A DNA stretch of 64,000 nt, taken from Methanobacteriota archaeon (GTDB lineage Bacteria; Myxococcota; UBA727; JABDBI01). Within the stretch, counting starts at the first letter, position 1, and each line of letters opens with the position of its first letter. The notes below the pieces were generated by a model, which worked only from the letters and a program-made list of their open reading frames with translations, had not been told where the DNA came from and ran no database searches. Below, piece by piece: positions 10,999 to 20,977 of this stretch. Position numbers and translations under genes: made by a program. Where the stretch lies: NCBI GenBank assembly GCA_013288705.1, contig JABDBI010000008.1, forward strand, positions 3,036 through 67,035, read 5' to 3'.

Positions 10999-11321
10999 TA
11001 TTGTGATGTCCCCGTTTGGCTGGCTGCCGGGCGGGTAATGCCACATAGATCATAGCGCCCGTCTTGGTTGAGGGCTAAACAGGTACATTGCTTTGCTGGA
11101 TCTGTTTCATCCAAAATCGCTTGGCATCTTGCCCCATTTTCCGCCGTCGAGAAATCAGGATGATTGCTATATTGATCAAGTTTCGCCAAACAACTTTGTT
11201 GATCCGGAGGATACACGTTGCATTGGCAAATATATTCCGCCAAACTACGACAAGGATCACACGCGCTGCAAAATGCCGCCACGGCCATCAAAGACAAAGC
11301 AATTAGGATCTTCTGCAACAT
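10998..11321 (-). CDS. Small Cys-rich lipoprotein
   Basis: Signal peptide with lipobox-like CSAC; about 8 further Cys; TAATG coupling to pssA. Confidence 0.65.
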   Translation of the reverse strand: MLQKILIALSLMAVAAFCSACDPCRSLAEYICQCNVYPPDQQSCLAKLDQYSNHPDFSTAENGARCQAILDETDPAKQCTCLALNQDGRYDLCGITRPAASQTGTSQ

Positions 11322-11406
11322 AAACGCCCATCCCACGGCATTTGTTTTTGTGGCAAAGTGTTTTGCCAAACGCAATGGGCCGCCCAAAAGCAAAAGGAAG
11401 CAAATC

Positions 11407-13173
11407 ATGTCTGTTCACGCAAATCGCCTGGCTGACCTACGCACCCACATGCAAGGAAACGGAATTGACGCCGTGTTGGTGCGCTCCACGGACGAATATC
11501 TCAATGAATATGTGCCAGCAGAAAAAAGCAGACGTGTGTTCATTACAGGTTTTTCTGGATCCATGGGGGATGCTCTGATTACGCAGGACACAGCGATGCT
11601 TTTTGTCGATGGACGTTATGCATTGCAAGCCAGGCAAGAAGCGCCGCATTTTGACGTGCGCGTGATGACACTGTCGCAGTCCATTGAGAGCGGTTGGTTG
11701 TCTGTGCTCGACCAAGCATTAGCATTGAAGGACAGGTCACTCGCTGTGGAGTTTGACCGCATCCCGGTTTCTCTTTTTGAGGATATTCAGGAAGTCGCCA
11801 CATCAAAGTCTCTTTCTTTGGTGAATTCCAGCGATGTTTTTTCGCCATTTTGGCAGCAAATTTGTCCGACAGATAACCATTTAGATGGCAACAAAATCTG
11901 GCCACTGGACATTTCACTCGCTGGCGAAAGTACCCATGAGAAATTCACGCGCACCCAGTTATTTTTTGAGGAAAGTGGGCTCGATGCTTTCGTTATTGTT
12001 CCACTCGATGAAATTGCGTGGCTAGCCAATTTGCGCGGCAATGACTTTCCCTTCCAGTCGACTTTTGCATCCCGTGCTGTTGCTTTGCCAAACCACCTAA
12101 TTATTGGCACAACAAAAGAGCACATTGCGAACACGCAATCTATTCAGGGAATTTCTTTCGTCGAAAACGTGCAGCTCATAGAAGGTGCCCAAAAGCACTT
12201 TCCGAACAAGCGTTTTCGGGTTGGTCTTGATCCGAACCAAACCCCAGAACTGGTGCGACGTCAGCTATCTGCCATGGATGCAGAAATCGTATCGATACAA
12301 AGCCCCTTTCGATCGATGAAAGCCATTAAAAACGAAAACGAGCTCTTGCACATGCGCGAGTCCTTCGCAAAAGCCGATAACGTTGTCCATCAAACGCAGC
12401 ACTGGCTCTGCAAACAGATTGAGGCACAAACTCCCGTCACGGAAGCTGACGTCGATAATTTTGTTCGCGCGCAGTTTAAAAAATCTGGGACGATTGAGCT
12501 GTCTTTTCGGCCCATCTGTGCGAGCGGTAAAAACGGCGCTGTGATTCACTATGGAACGCCGGACAGTAAGACTCCGATCAAACCTGGAACGTTGTTTTTG
12601 CTGGACACCGGTGGCCTTTATGCGGGCGGGTACGCCACAGATCTCACACGAACCTTCTTTGTGGGCCCAAAAACACACAAGCCGACGCCCGAGCAGAAGC
12701 GACTGTTCACTCTCACGCTCAAAGGTTCCATCGCCGGCATGTCAGCGCGCTTCCCGAAAGGTAGCGTCGGCATGCAACTCGATGCAATTGTTCGAGATCC
12801 GATTTGGCGTGCGGGATATAATTATGAACACGGCACTGGGCACGGTGTAGGGATCAACGTACATGAATTTCCTCCACGCATTGGACCAGGCAACACCACA
12901 CCTATTGAGGTGGGCCACGTATTTTCCATCGAACCAGGCATCTATTTGCCAGGCTTTGGTGGCATTCGCATCGAGAACCTATGCACGGTGGTTGAAGACC
13001 CAGACAACAACAATTTTCTGCGCGTTTTACCTTTAACGTTCGCGCCATTTGATTCTCGTCTTATCGAGTCCACCCTATTAACTAGGCACGAGAAGGAATT
13101 TTTAGTATACTTCAAACGATGTTTCCTTCTCTCTCAAACCCACTTGCCTCCATTGCCTCCGGTCCTGGGCTAG
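11407..13173 (+). CDS. Xaa-Pro aminopeptidase (M24B)
   Basis: TGFSGS.G, DGRY, LLDTGG..TD.TRT, HGTGHGVG..VHE, EPG.Y, GIRIEN. Confidence 0.93.
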   Translation: MSVHANRLADLRTHMQGNGIDAVLVRSTDEYLNEYVPAEKSRRVFITGFSGSMGDALITQDTAMLFVDGRYALQARQEAPHFDVRVMTLSQSIESGWLSVLDQALALKDRSLAVEFDRIPVSLFEDIQEVATSKSLSLVNSSDVFSPFWQQICPTDNHLDGNKIWPLDISLAGESTHEKFTRTQLFFEESGLDAFVIVPLDEIAWLANLRGNDFPFQSTFASRAVALPNHLIIGTTKEHIANTQSIQGISFVENVQLIEGAQKHFPNKRFRVGLDPNQTPELVRRQLSAMDAEIVSIQSPFRSMKAIKNENELLHMRESFAKADNVVHQTQHWLCKQIEAQTPVTEADVDNFVRAQFKKSGTIELSFRPICASGKNGAVIHYGTPDSKTPIKPGTLFLLDTGGLYAGGYATDLTRTFFVGPKTHKPTPEQKRLFTLTLKGSIAGMSARFPKGSVGMQLDAIVRDPIWRAGYNYEHGTGHGVGINVHEFPPRIGPGNTTPIEVGHVFSIEPGIYLPGFGGIRIENLCTVVEDPDNNNFLRVLPLTFAPFDSRLIESTLLTRHEKEFLVYFKRCFLLSQTHLPPLPPVLG

Positions 13174-14729
13174 GCATCGCAACGGTTGAGTCGCTCGTAT
13201 GGCTCATCGTCGCGGCAGCCATTGTGGGTGTAGTCGCGCATCGTATCAAGCTCCCCTACACAGTGTCGCTGGTGCTCGTAGGCGTCGCTCTCAAGGCGCT
13301 CGGGCTTGTTCCTCAGCTACAGCTCACGCGTGATTTGCTCATGATGGTGTTTCTGCCCGCACTGCTCTTTGAAGCTGCCATCCATTTTCCGAGAAGCGAG
13401 CTGAAACAGCTTGCGCCGTCCATCGCCATGCTGGCGGCTCCGGGCGTACTCATCACAGCCATTTTTACGGCGCTCGTTTTGCAATTTGAATTTTCGGCGT
13501 TTCACATCGACCGAGATATGACGTTTAGCCATTTCTTGCTCTTTGGAACGATCATTGCGGCTACCGATCCGATTTCAGTGATTGCGCTGCTGCGCCAATT
13601 GGGTGTTTCACGCAAACTCTCTGTGTTGATCGAGGGAGAGAGCCTATTTAACGACGGCACTGCCATTGTTTTATACTCGGTTGTGCTTTCAGCGATTCAA
13701 TCGGGATCCTACAGTATTACCGATGGTTTGGTTCAGTTTGTTGTTGTGGCCATCGGTGGCATTTTCGTCGGTGCGCTCCTCGGGCTATTTGCGAACTGGG
13801 TGCTGTCTTTTGCCGAGGACCATCTCATTGCTATCGCCCTCACCACTGTGACGGCCTACGGCACCTATTTAGTTGCCGAAAGACTGCATGTGTCTGGTGT
13901 CTTAGCGACGGTTGTTGCAGGGCTCTTTGTCGGGTTCAGCAATAAACGGCATTTCGATGCCAATACGCGCATTGCCGTCGTGAGTTTTTGGGAATACGCG
14001 GCGTTTTTCATAACCAGCCTTTTGTTTTTGCTCATTGGGCTGGAAGTAAAGCTTCCCATCATATTCAGCCATGCGACGCTTATTGTGTTCGCGTTTTGTG
14101 CTGTGCTGTTATCACGTGCGCTGTGCGTGTTTCTCCCCGTTCCACTTTTGCGACGCATCGGTCAGCCCATTACTTTTCGCGAGTCCTGTGTCGTATGGTG
14201 GGCAGGACTTCGCGGTAGCCTTTCAATGGTTTTGGTGTTGTCTTTACCTGAGAGCATGCCTGCGAGGCAAACACTGATTGCGATGACCTTTGGTGTAGTC
14301 GTTCTCTCAGTGGTGGTACAGGGCTCGACCGTTGGCTATCTGCTGCGTCTTTTGAGCTTTGTGAAGGAGCGAACACAGACAACAGCGTTTTTGCGCAAGA
14401 GCATTGCTCGCCTGGATGCGATTCAGGCTCGTCTCGACGCGATTCGTCATCTTTCTGCGTTTGACCAACCGCTGACCAAAGAGCTTGCACATTCTTTGCA
14501 AAATGAGCGGGCTGATATTTTAGCAACGATTAAAGAAAAAGAACACGACACGGAGTTTCGCAAAGCACAGGCCGAACGCGTTCACGCACTAGAAGAGCAA
14601 CTCAAGCAAGCAGCTCGGGATTCCTATCGCCATTCTCTTTTTCATAACATTATCAACGAAACAGAAGCGGCAGAATTGTCTTCCGAGTTGGAAGCTGCAC
14701 CACCAACCGACGACGAGAGTTCTCCCTAA
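13119..14729 (+). CDS. CPA1-family Na+/H+ antiporter
   Basis: FLPALLFEAA, ATDPISV, EGESLFNDG, GLRGSLS; start uncertain. Confidence 0.92.
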   Translation: MFPSLSNPLASIASGPGLGIATVESLVWLIVAAAIVGVVAHRIKLPYTVSLVLVGVALKALGLVPQLQLTRDLLMMVFLPALLFEAAIHFPRSELKQLAPSIAMLAAPGVLITAIFTALVLQFEFSAFHIDRDMTFSHFLLFGTIIAATDPISVIALLRQLGVSRKLSVLIEGESLFNDGTAIVLYSVVLSAIQSGSYSITDGLVQFVVVAIGGIFVGALLGLFANWVLSFAEDHLIAIALTTVTAYGTYLVAERLHVSGVLATVVAGLFVGFSNKRHFDANTRIAVVSFWEYAAFFITSLLFLLIGLEVKLPIIFSHATLIVFAFCAVLLSRALCVFLPVPLLRRIGQPITFRESCVVWWAGLRGSLSMVLVLSLPESMPARQTLIAMTFGVVVLSVVVQGSTVGYLLRLLSFVKERTQTTAFLRKSIARLDAIQARLDAIRHLSAFDQPLTKELAHSLQNERADILATIKEKEHDTEFRKAQAERVHALEEQLKQAARDSYRHSLFHNIINETEAAELSSELEAAPPTDDESSP

Positions 14730-16049
14730 ATGCGCGGTGATTTAAAAGACGTTGTGACCTTGGCATGGCCCATGGTGGTGGGCATGTTGTCCATTACGGT
14801 CATCGACCTCACAGACACCTTGGTGGCTGGATGGCTTGGCAAAACCGAACTGGCTGCTGTCGGCACGGCCTCGACCATTGCGTTTTTGGTCAATGCTTTT
14901 TTTGTCGGTTTTTTTGAGGGTGTCAAAATTCTGGTGGCACAGGCGACGGGCGCGGGGCAGCATCAGCTCGCCAAAAATGGCGCTTGGCATGGAGTCTTGC
15001 TAGCTATTCCCTGCGGCGCTGCTATTTGCTGTTTGATTTTTGCACAAACGCCTATCTTCGCTTTATTTGGAGGGAGCGCGTTGGTCCAAGAGATGGCCTG
15101 CGATTTTTTTTCAATCCGCGTTCTTGCCTCACCGTTTTGGTTCGTCATCATGGCCTTGATCTGCTTCTATCAAGGATGTGGCAATACGCGGCTTCCCATG
15201 CAAATCAATTTGCTCGTTTGCATCGTCAACGTCTTTCTCGATATTGTCCTCACTTTTTATGGCATTGGACCAATCCCACCTCTTGGTGTCCTAGGCCCAG
15301 CATATGCAACTCTCATTTCCATCGTCATTGGCATGGTGGTCATGCTAGTGATTTTCATTAGGCGCTATGGATGGAGTGACCAGTTTCAGTTCTCCATCGT
15401 CAGAAAATTGATCCGGGCCGGTCTTCCGGTAGGCATTCGCTTTTTTCTGCAGGTCGGTGCATGGACAGTGTGCACATCTTTCATGGCACACATGGGCGAT
15501 GCTTTCATCGCTGCAAATCAAATTACGGCCAAGGTTCTGATGGTGAGCTTTTTGGCAAACTATGGCACTGGCGAAGCAGCCTGCATTTTGACGGGCCAAT
15601 GCGTCGGTGCAGAAAATGAAAACGGCGTCTATCGCTCCTATCAGTCGTCAGTCAAAGTCGCGCTATTCATGGCTACGATCTATGCTCTAATTATGATTTC
15701 TTGTGCCGGGCCAATCGCCGCACTCTTTCAATCTGATCCTGAAGTCCTGAGCGTCGCCACGGGCCTCATGATGGTTGCGGCAATCTGCCAAATATTCGAC
15801 GGCCTCGTCATGACCGCAGCGGGCGCATTGAATGGCACCGGTGACACGCGTTTCACCATGTACGTCCAGATTGGCGCCACTTGGGTGGTGACACTTCCAC
15901 TCGGCTATTGGTTCGGTGTTGTGCAGAACTTGCAAGCGCTTGGTGTTTGGTACGCGTTCACTCTAGAGAGTCTATGTGTGTCGCTGATCTTAATTTGGCG
16001 CTTTCGTTCAGGCGGCTGGAAGAACAAGAGCTTGGTGAATACCGCATGA
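14730..16049 (+). CDS. MATE family efflux transporter
   Basis: 12 TM; DT..AG.LG..ELAAVG; GALNGTGDT. Confidence 0.9.
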   Translation: MRGDLKDVVTLAWPMVVGMLSITVIDLTDTLVAGWLGKTELAAVGTASTIAFLVNAFFVGFFEGVKILVAQATGAGQHQLAKNGAWHGVLLAIPCGAAICCLIFAQTPIFALFGGSALVQEMACDFFSIRVLASPFWFVIMALICFYQGCGNTRLPMQINLLVCIVNVFLDIVLTFYGIGPIPPLGVLGPAYATLISIVIGMVVMLVIFIRRYGWSDQFQFSIVRKLIRAGLPVGIRFFLQVGAWTVCTSFMAHMGDAFIAANQITAKVLMVSFLANYGTGEAACILTGQCVGAENENGVYRSYQSSVKVALFMATIYALIMISCAGPIAALFQSDPEVLSVATGLMMVAAICQIFDGLVMTAAGALNGTGDTRFTMYVQIGATWVVTLPLGYWFGVVQNLQALGVWYAFTLESLCVSLILIWRFRSGGWKNKSLVNTA

Positions 16050-17340
16050 AAATATAGATGGGGAAGCCAGCGAACATGCAGAGCATTCCCAAAAACACTG
16101 CTTTTTGCCCACAGCCAATCACGATAAGCACTGTGTAAGCAAGTCCAATCGTGGCAACGATGACTGAGCGAGCAAGGTGCGCTTTCGAAACATAATCTGC
16201 TTTCGTGACCAAAAACACCAGGTCTGCCATGGCAGAATAGAGATAAGGTATAAGCATGGAAAACGTCGTGAAGGTTACGATGGCAGTAAACTGCTCGACA
16301 AGGCTAGCCTGGTAATTCAAAATCAACATTCCAGTCATCAAAATACTCGACGCCAACAAGCCAAATACTGGCGTTCCGCGTTTAGACAGTTTTGCGAATG
16401 CCTTGGGAAACAAGCCATCTTGTGCTGCGGCGAGAGGCATTTGTCCCTGTATGAGAATCCAACCATTCAAAGTACCAAAAGCCGCAATTGCTGCACAAAT
16501 TGCGACGCCAGAAGATGCCCAAGGACCAAATAGAAGTCCTGCAGCCTCGGCAAAAGGGGCTGCAGACTTGGCTAATTGTTGTGGAGGCAAAACACCGAGC
16601 AACACAATCGTTGTCCACACGTAGATCACCGCCGATAACACGGTGCCAATTACCGTCGCGCGTGGGATTGTTATTTTGGGATCCACAACACTTTCAGCCG
16701 GAACAGTCGCCGATTCCAACCCCAAAAATGCATAAAGAGTAAGAGCTGCAGCTGAGCTTAAGGCGGTAAACCAAGGTAAGCCGCTTGGATTCACGGGGCT
16801 AAAATGCGCAAAATTAACATAGAAGCTGCCAAACAACCCAATTACAATCAGGGGCACGATTTTCAGTACCACAATCACCACTTGTGCGATGCCGGTTGAC
16901 TTGACGCTCCAAATATTCAGCCCAGTAAAGAACCAGACGGAGCAAAATGCCAACGCAAATGCATGTGTTGCATTGGTAGCAAGGCTAGGCCAAAAAACAG
17001 ACATGTAGCTCACAAACGCGGTTGCAATCGCCGCATTGCTTGCCCAAGTTCCTACCCAATAACTCCAAGCCATTTGGAAGCCCACAAAGTCCCCGAATGC
17101 TTCTTTGCTGTATGCGTAAGGACCGCCTATTTTGGGAAAGTGCGCGCTTAAACGTGCAAAAATCAGCGCCAGGCAAATTGAACCAACGGACGTCACCATC
17201 CAGCCGAAAAGGCCAACTGCCCCATAAATTCCCAATGATGCGGGCAGCAAGAATATGCCTGAGCCAACGATATTGCCCACCACCAGAGAGGTACTACGCC
17301 ATAGGCCAAATTCTCGATGCTGCGAGGTCGTGGTCGTCAT
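15958..17340 (-). CDS. APC-family amino acid/polyamine permease
   Basis: GSGIFLLP, GGPYAY, AFLGLES motifs. Confidence 0.9.
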   Translation of the reverse strand: MTTTTSQHREFGLWRSTSLVVGNIVGSGIFLLPASLGIYGAVGLFGWMVTSVGSICLALIFARLSAHFPKIGGPYAYSKEAFGDFVGFQMAWSYWVGTWASNAAIATAFVSYMSVFWPSLATNATHAFALAFCSVWFFTGLNIWSVKSTGIAQVVIVVLKIVPLIVIGLFGSFYVNFAHFSPVNPSGLPWFTALSSAAALTLYAFLGLESATVPAESVVDPKITIPRATVIGTVLSAVIYVWTTIVLLGVLPPQQLAKSAAPFAEAAGLLFGPWASSGVAICAAIAAFGTLNGWILIQGQMPLAAAQDGLFPKAFAKLSKRGTPVFGLLASSILMTGMLILNYQASLVEQFTAIVTFTTFSMLIPYLYSAMADLVFLVTKADYVSKAHLARSVIVATIGLAYTVLIVIGCGQKAVFLGMLCMFAGFPIYIFMRYSPSSCSSSRLNESAKLRSATHIDSLE

Positions 17341-17512
17341 ATGCCCGTTTCAGTGCCAATTGCAGGCAGTTATGTCAATACAAGTGTTAAGTGTATATTT
17401 TTATACCCAGAAAATAACAGATGTGTATTGTACTTTTAAATCTCTTCGGTAGAACTAGACCCTCAGGCTGTAAGCCTGGTTTTTCAATGTTTCGCACAAC
17501 AGGGATGAATTT

Positions 17513-18376
17513 ATGCAAAGATTCAAATTATTCGTGCTCGCAGTGCTTTTACCGATGGCTGGCGTACATACTGCAACCATTGCGCAAGAAGTAGCCGAGG
17601 TGAGCTCCCAAGGTCCAAAATTTCCAACGGAAGTAATTAAGCGTCCATTTACGCTGCCGAGTGGGTCATTTGAAGCACGCCTGCAAATGAACAAGGACGT
17701 GATGGATACAGATAATTTTGTCTTTAGGCTTGGTGTTGGTGTGGGTATCACCAATGATTTAGAGCTCGGTGTGATGTGGGATGGCGTGAATGTCAATCAA
17801 CGCCAAGTCAACAAGTCCGTTGGTCTGAACGCGGGTTATTTTCTCTACGCCGTTCCAGGTGTTGCGGCAATGCTATCTTTGAATGTGCCACTTTATTTTG
17901 GTGGCGAGCAACGTAACGCAGCTGGTGCTTTAGCCGACAATGGTTACGTCTTTAGGTCTGTTAGCCTTTCGATGCCGACCGCATTTAGCATTAACAGCAA
18001 CATGAATTTTATGGCATTTCATGACGACTTTTTGGCGATCTATCGAGGGTCCCCAGCGCTTGCAGATACGACTGTTGATCCAGACCTTCATGCAAAGATA
18101 AGATTGCCGTTCAAGTTTGGTTGGCAGGCGACCAGTCGCTTGTGGTTGAACCTTGGCACTAATTTTGCAACCTTTTATTTGGGTGGTACAGATAAATTCG
18201 TCAAGAACAGCAAGTACATCTGGCAAGAGACGCCGATCACGGCATCTGCGCTCTATGCTATTACCAATGCGGTGGATGTGTCCTTGAGCACTGGCTTCGG
18301 CAATCTGCAAGACCCGGGCAAAACGTTCAATGTGTTTGTGGGGTTGAACGTGAGAGCGGGAAGGCTCGACGGGTAA
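17513..18376 (+). CDS. Secreted/outer-membrane beta-barrel-like hypothetical protein
   Basis: Signal peptide; alternating amphipathic beta-strands; RPFTLP motif. Confidence 0.55.
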   Translation: MQRFKLFVLAVLLPMAGVHTATIAQEVAEVSSQGPKFPTEVIKRPFTLPSGSFEARLQMNKDVMDTDNFVFRLGVGVGITNDLELGVMWDGVNVNQRQVNKSVGLNAGYFLYAVPGVAAMLSLNVPLYFGGEQRNAAGALADNGYVFRSVSLSMPTAFSINSNMNFMAFHDDFLAIYRGSPALADTTVDPDLHAKIRLPFKFGWQATSRLWLNLGTNFATFYLGGTDKFVKNSKYIWQETPITASALYAITNAVDVSLSTGFGNLQDPGKTFNVFVGLNVRAGRLDG

Positions 18377-18378
18377 TT

Positions 18379-18420
18379 ACCCTGACCCTTGATCCCTCTC
18401 CCGCCTAGCGGGAGAGGGAC
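18379..18420. repeat. REP-like hairpin between convergent genes (likely also a terminator)
   Basis: ACCCTGACCCTTGATCCCTCTCCCGC-CTA-GCGGGAGAGGGAC; reverse complement nearly matches 3241-3281. Confidence 0.8.
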
Positions 18421-18421
18421 T

Positions 18422-19147
18422 TTAAACCAAGCAAGATAGGTATTTTTGGACGGTCTTCTCGAGGCCGAAGTAAAGCGCGTCGCAAATTAGGGCGTGGCCA
18501 ATCGAGACTTCGGCGATGAACGGAATGTGCTGAATCAAGTAGCGCAAGTTGTGCAGATTCAGGTCATGACCAGCGTTAATGCCCAAGCCACAGGCATGTG
18601 CATGATCGGCGACTTTTTGGAAAACCGCACATACCGCGTCGCGTTCGGGCGTTGGAAAAGCTCTCGCATAGCTTTCGGTGTAAAGCTCAATGCGATCTGT
18701 GCCTGTTTTTGCGATTTGTGAAACGTCAGCGTTGATAAAGTCGTAGGGATCAATGAACAAAGATACCCGTGTGCCACTTTGTTTTAGTTGCCCAATGACC
18801 TCCTGCAAATAGCCCATATTTTGCTGCACGTTCCAGCCGGCATTGGATGTTAACACGTCGGGTGGATCTGGAACGAGTGTACATTGCGCCGGTCGTACGT
18901 CGCGAATAAGCTGAATAAAGTCCGGGGAGGGATAGCCCTCAATATTAAATTCCACGTGGATTCGCTTGGAAATGTCATAGACATCTTGTTTGCGGATATG
19001 ACGTTCATCCGGGCGAGGGTGGACCGTGATGCCTTGCGCGCCGAAGCGCTCGATATCAAGTGCAGTTTGCAACACATCGGGCAGCGCATTGCCACGTGAA
19101 TTACGGAGTGTGGCGATTTTATTCACGTTGACGCTAAGCTTTGTCAT
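18422..19147 (-). CDS. pdxJ: Pyridoxine 5'-phosphate synthase
   Basis: [43 protein letters not shown]. Confidence 0.96.
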   Translation of the reverse strand: MTKLSVNVNKIATLRNSRGNALPDVLQTALDIERFGAQGITVHPRPDERHIRKQDVYDISKRIHVEFNIEGYPSPDFIQLIRDVRPAQCTLVPDPPDVLTSNAGWNVQQNMGYLQEVIGQLKQSGTRVSLFIDPYDFINADVSQIAKTGTDRIELYTESYARAFPTPERDAVCAVFQKVADHAHACGLGINAGHDLNLHNLRYLIQHIPFIAEVSIGHALICDALYFGLEKTVQKYLSCLV

Positions 19148-20324
19148 AATTGATCTCCTTCGAATCCACTGCCGCAGCGACACATGAATCTGACCACACA
19201 TTAATTGCTGTCTCGAGCATATCAAGCAAACCGTAAAATGGAAGAATGACTCCCATCAATGTGAGGGGCACATTCATCGTCGCCAACAGGGCACTGGTCA
19301 GAAAGAAGCACCCCATCGGCACTCCCGCGTTTCCAACGGCAGAGATGGTCGCAATCAACACCCATGCGATCGCTTCGAATATGGAGAAATGCACCCCGTT
19401 GGTTTGCCCGACAAACATCACAGTAATCAGAATAAACCCCGCGCAAGCGTTCATATTAATGGTGGTGCAAAGCGGAAATACAAAGCGCGCAGTTCGCGGC
19501 GAGATATTGGCCCGCTCCTCCGCACATTCAATGGCAAGAGGCATTGTGCACGATGACGATTTGCTAAAAAATGCGATTTGCAACGCCGGCATCATACTTT
19601 TGAACAAGCGCCATGGCGACACACCATAGAATCGCAACAATAATGGTAAAACAACAAGCGCTTGCATCAGATTGGCAAGCACAATCGTCACCAAATACAT
19701 GCCAAGTTGAGATATGTTAGCGCCCTTTTGCAAATCTTTAACGAACAAAAAAACAAACGCGCAAACAGCAATGGGAATCACTTGCACAAGCCACTTGGTG
19801 ATTTTCATCACCGCCTCGTACAAACTCGCCAGCATACCATGCATGCGCAAGCGATGCTCCTCGTCAAGCGACAAAATAGCGAAGCTTAAAAGCAATGCAA
19901 TCAGCAGCACGCCAAGCACATTGCCTTCCACGAAGGGCTGCACCCAGTTAGATGGAATAATATTCAGAACATATTCAAGATATGATTTCCCGGCATCTGG
20001 AGCTGACCCACCTAGTGCTTCAGGCGGAAGTCTCACGCCTGCGGGTTCGATAAACAAAAACAAAACCAGAGCGACACTCGCTGCTGCAATCGTCGTGAGT
20101 AAGGTAAGGCCAAAGACTCGTCTGAGCAGGACGCGCGCTTCATCGCCAGATGACATGCCGGAAATAGTGACCACCAGGGATAGAAAAATGATGGGCATGC
20201 TCAGTAACTTAAGCGCACGAATAAAAACTTCGGAGATAAAAGCCAGCAGGGTGCTAAGCGGTTGAAAATCAACAACGCCAGCGAAAACACCAAATACAAT
20301 GGCGACTAAAGTAAAAATAGGCAT
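19134..20324 (-). CDS. Dicarboxylate/amino acid:cation symporter (DAACS)
   Basis: [29 protein letters not shown]. Confidence 0.9.
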   Translation of the reverse strand: MPIFTLVAIVFGVFAGVVDFQPLSTLLAFISEVFIRALKLLSMPIIFLSLVVTISGMSSGDEARVLLRRVFGLTLLTTIAAASVALVLFLFIEPAGVRLPPEALGGSAPDAGKSYLEYVLNIIPSNWVQPFVEGNVLGVLLIALLLSFAILSLDEEHRLRMHGMLASLYEAVMKITKWLVQVIPIAVCAFVFLFVKDLQKGANISQLGMYLVTIVLANLMQALVVLPLLLRFYGVSPWRLFKSMMPALQIAFFSKSSSCTMPLAIECAEERANISPRTARFVFPLCTTINMNACAGFILITVMFVGQTNGVHFSIFEAIAWVLIATISAVGNAGVPMGCFFLTSALLATMNVPLTLMGVILPFYGLLDMLETAINVWSDSCVAAAVDSKEINYDKA

Positions 20325-20332
20325 TTGTTATC

Positions 20333-20953
20333 TCAATGCGTCTGGGCTCTACAGCAAGCTGGCAATTCTTTTTTAATTAATTCGAGGGTGCGCGTCGCTT
20401 TTTCCAGGAATTCTGGTGTACTTTCTACAAAAAAACGTCGTGGATGTCCTTCCCAAGCTTGTTCAACTCGTTTGTCAATGACTGCTGCAAATTGCGGATC
20501 TTCGGTGCGCGTCGGATTGTCTAAATTATATCCGTGGTCTTCCGGCGGGGTACGCAGATGAATGACGGCGTGGTAGTGGGCAAGTTCTTTTTCCCGCGTC
20601 GTACCCATGTCCGCAAAAAAATCTGGCTCCAAAACAGGCCAATAAGCACTGCCATCGATGGTGCCACGATCACACAATGCCATGGTATAAGCGTGCTCTT
20701 CTTGCACCATGATTTCATGGGCGCGCTGCACGTTGAAAATGGCGCGTTGGCAAGCTTTTTGCGAGGGCACAGTGTCTCTGCGCAAAAAGCCACCACCATA
20801 CACAATGGTCGCTGCTTCCGGCAAAATCACCACATGTCGGCAAAAGATTTGCCGAGCCATTTGCAAAATAGCAGTCTTTCCAGCGCCCGGTCCGCCGGTC
20901 AGGGCAATGAGTTTGCAGTCTGTCGCTTTGTGATCACATGTGCAGGTCAGCAT
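20333..20953 (-). CDS. P-loop NTPase (AAA_28/Ttd14-like)
   Basis: LTGGPGAGKT, PEAAT, CDRG..D..AY. Confidence 0.8.
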   Translation of the reverse strand: MLTCTCDHKATDCKLIALTGGPGAGKTAILQMARQIFCRHVVILPEAATIVYGGGFLRRDTVPSQKACQRAIFNVQRAHEIMVQEEHAYTMALCDRGTIDGSAYWPVLEPDFFADMGTTREKELAHYHAVIHLRTPPEDHGYNLDNPTRTEDPQFAAVIDKRVEQAWEGHPRRFFVESTPEFLEKATRTLELIKKELPACCRAQTH

Positions 20954-20977
20954 GAGCGCATTATGCCTGGGGAATCT

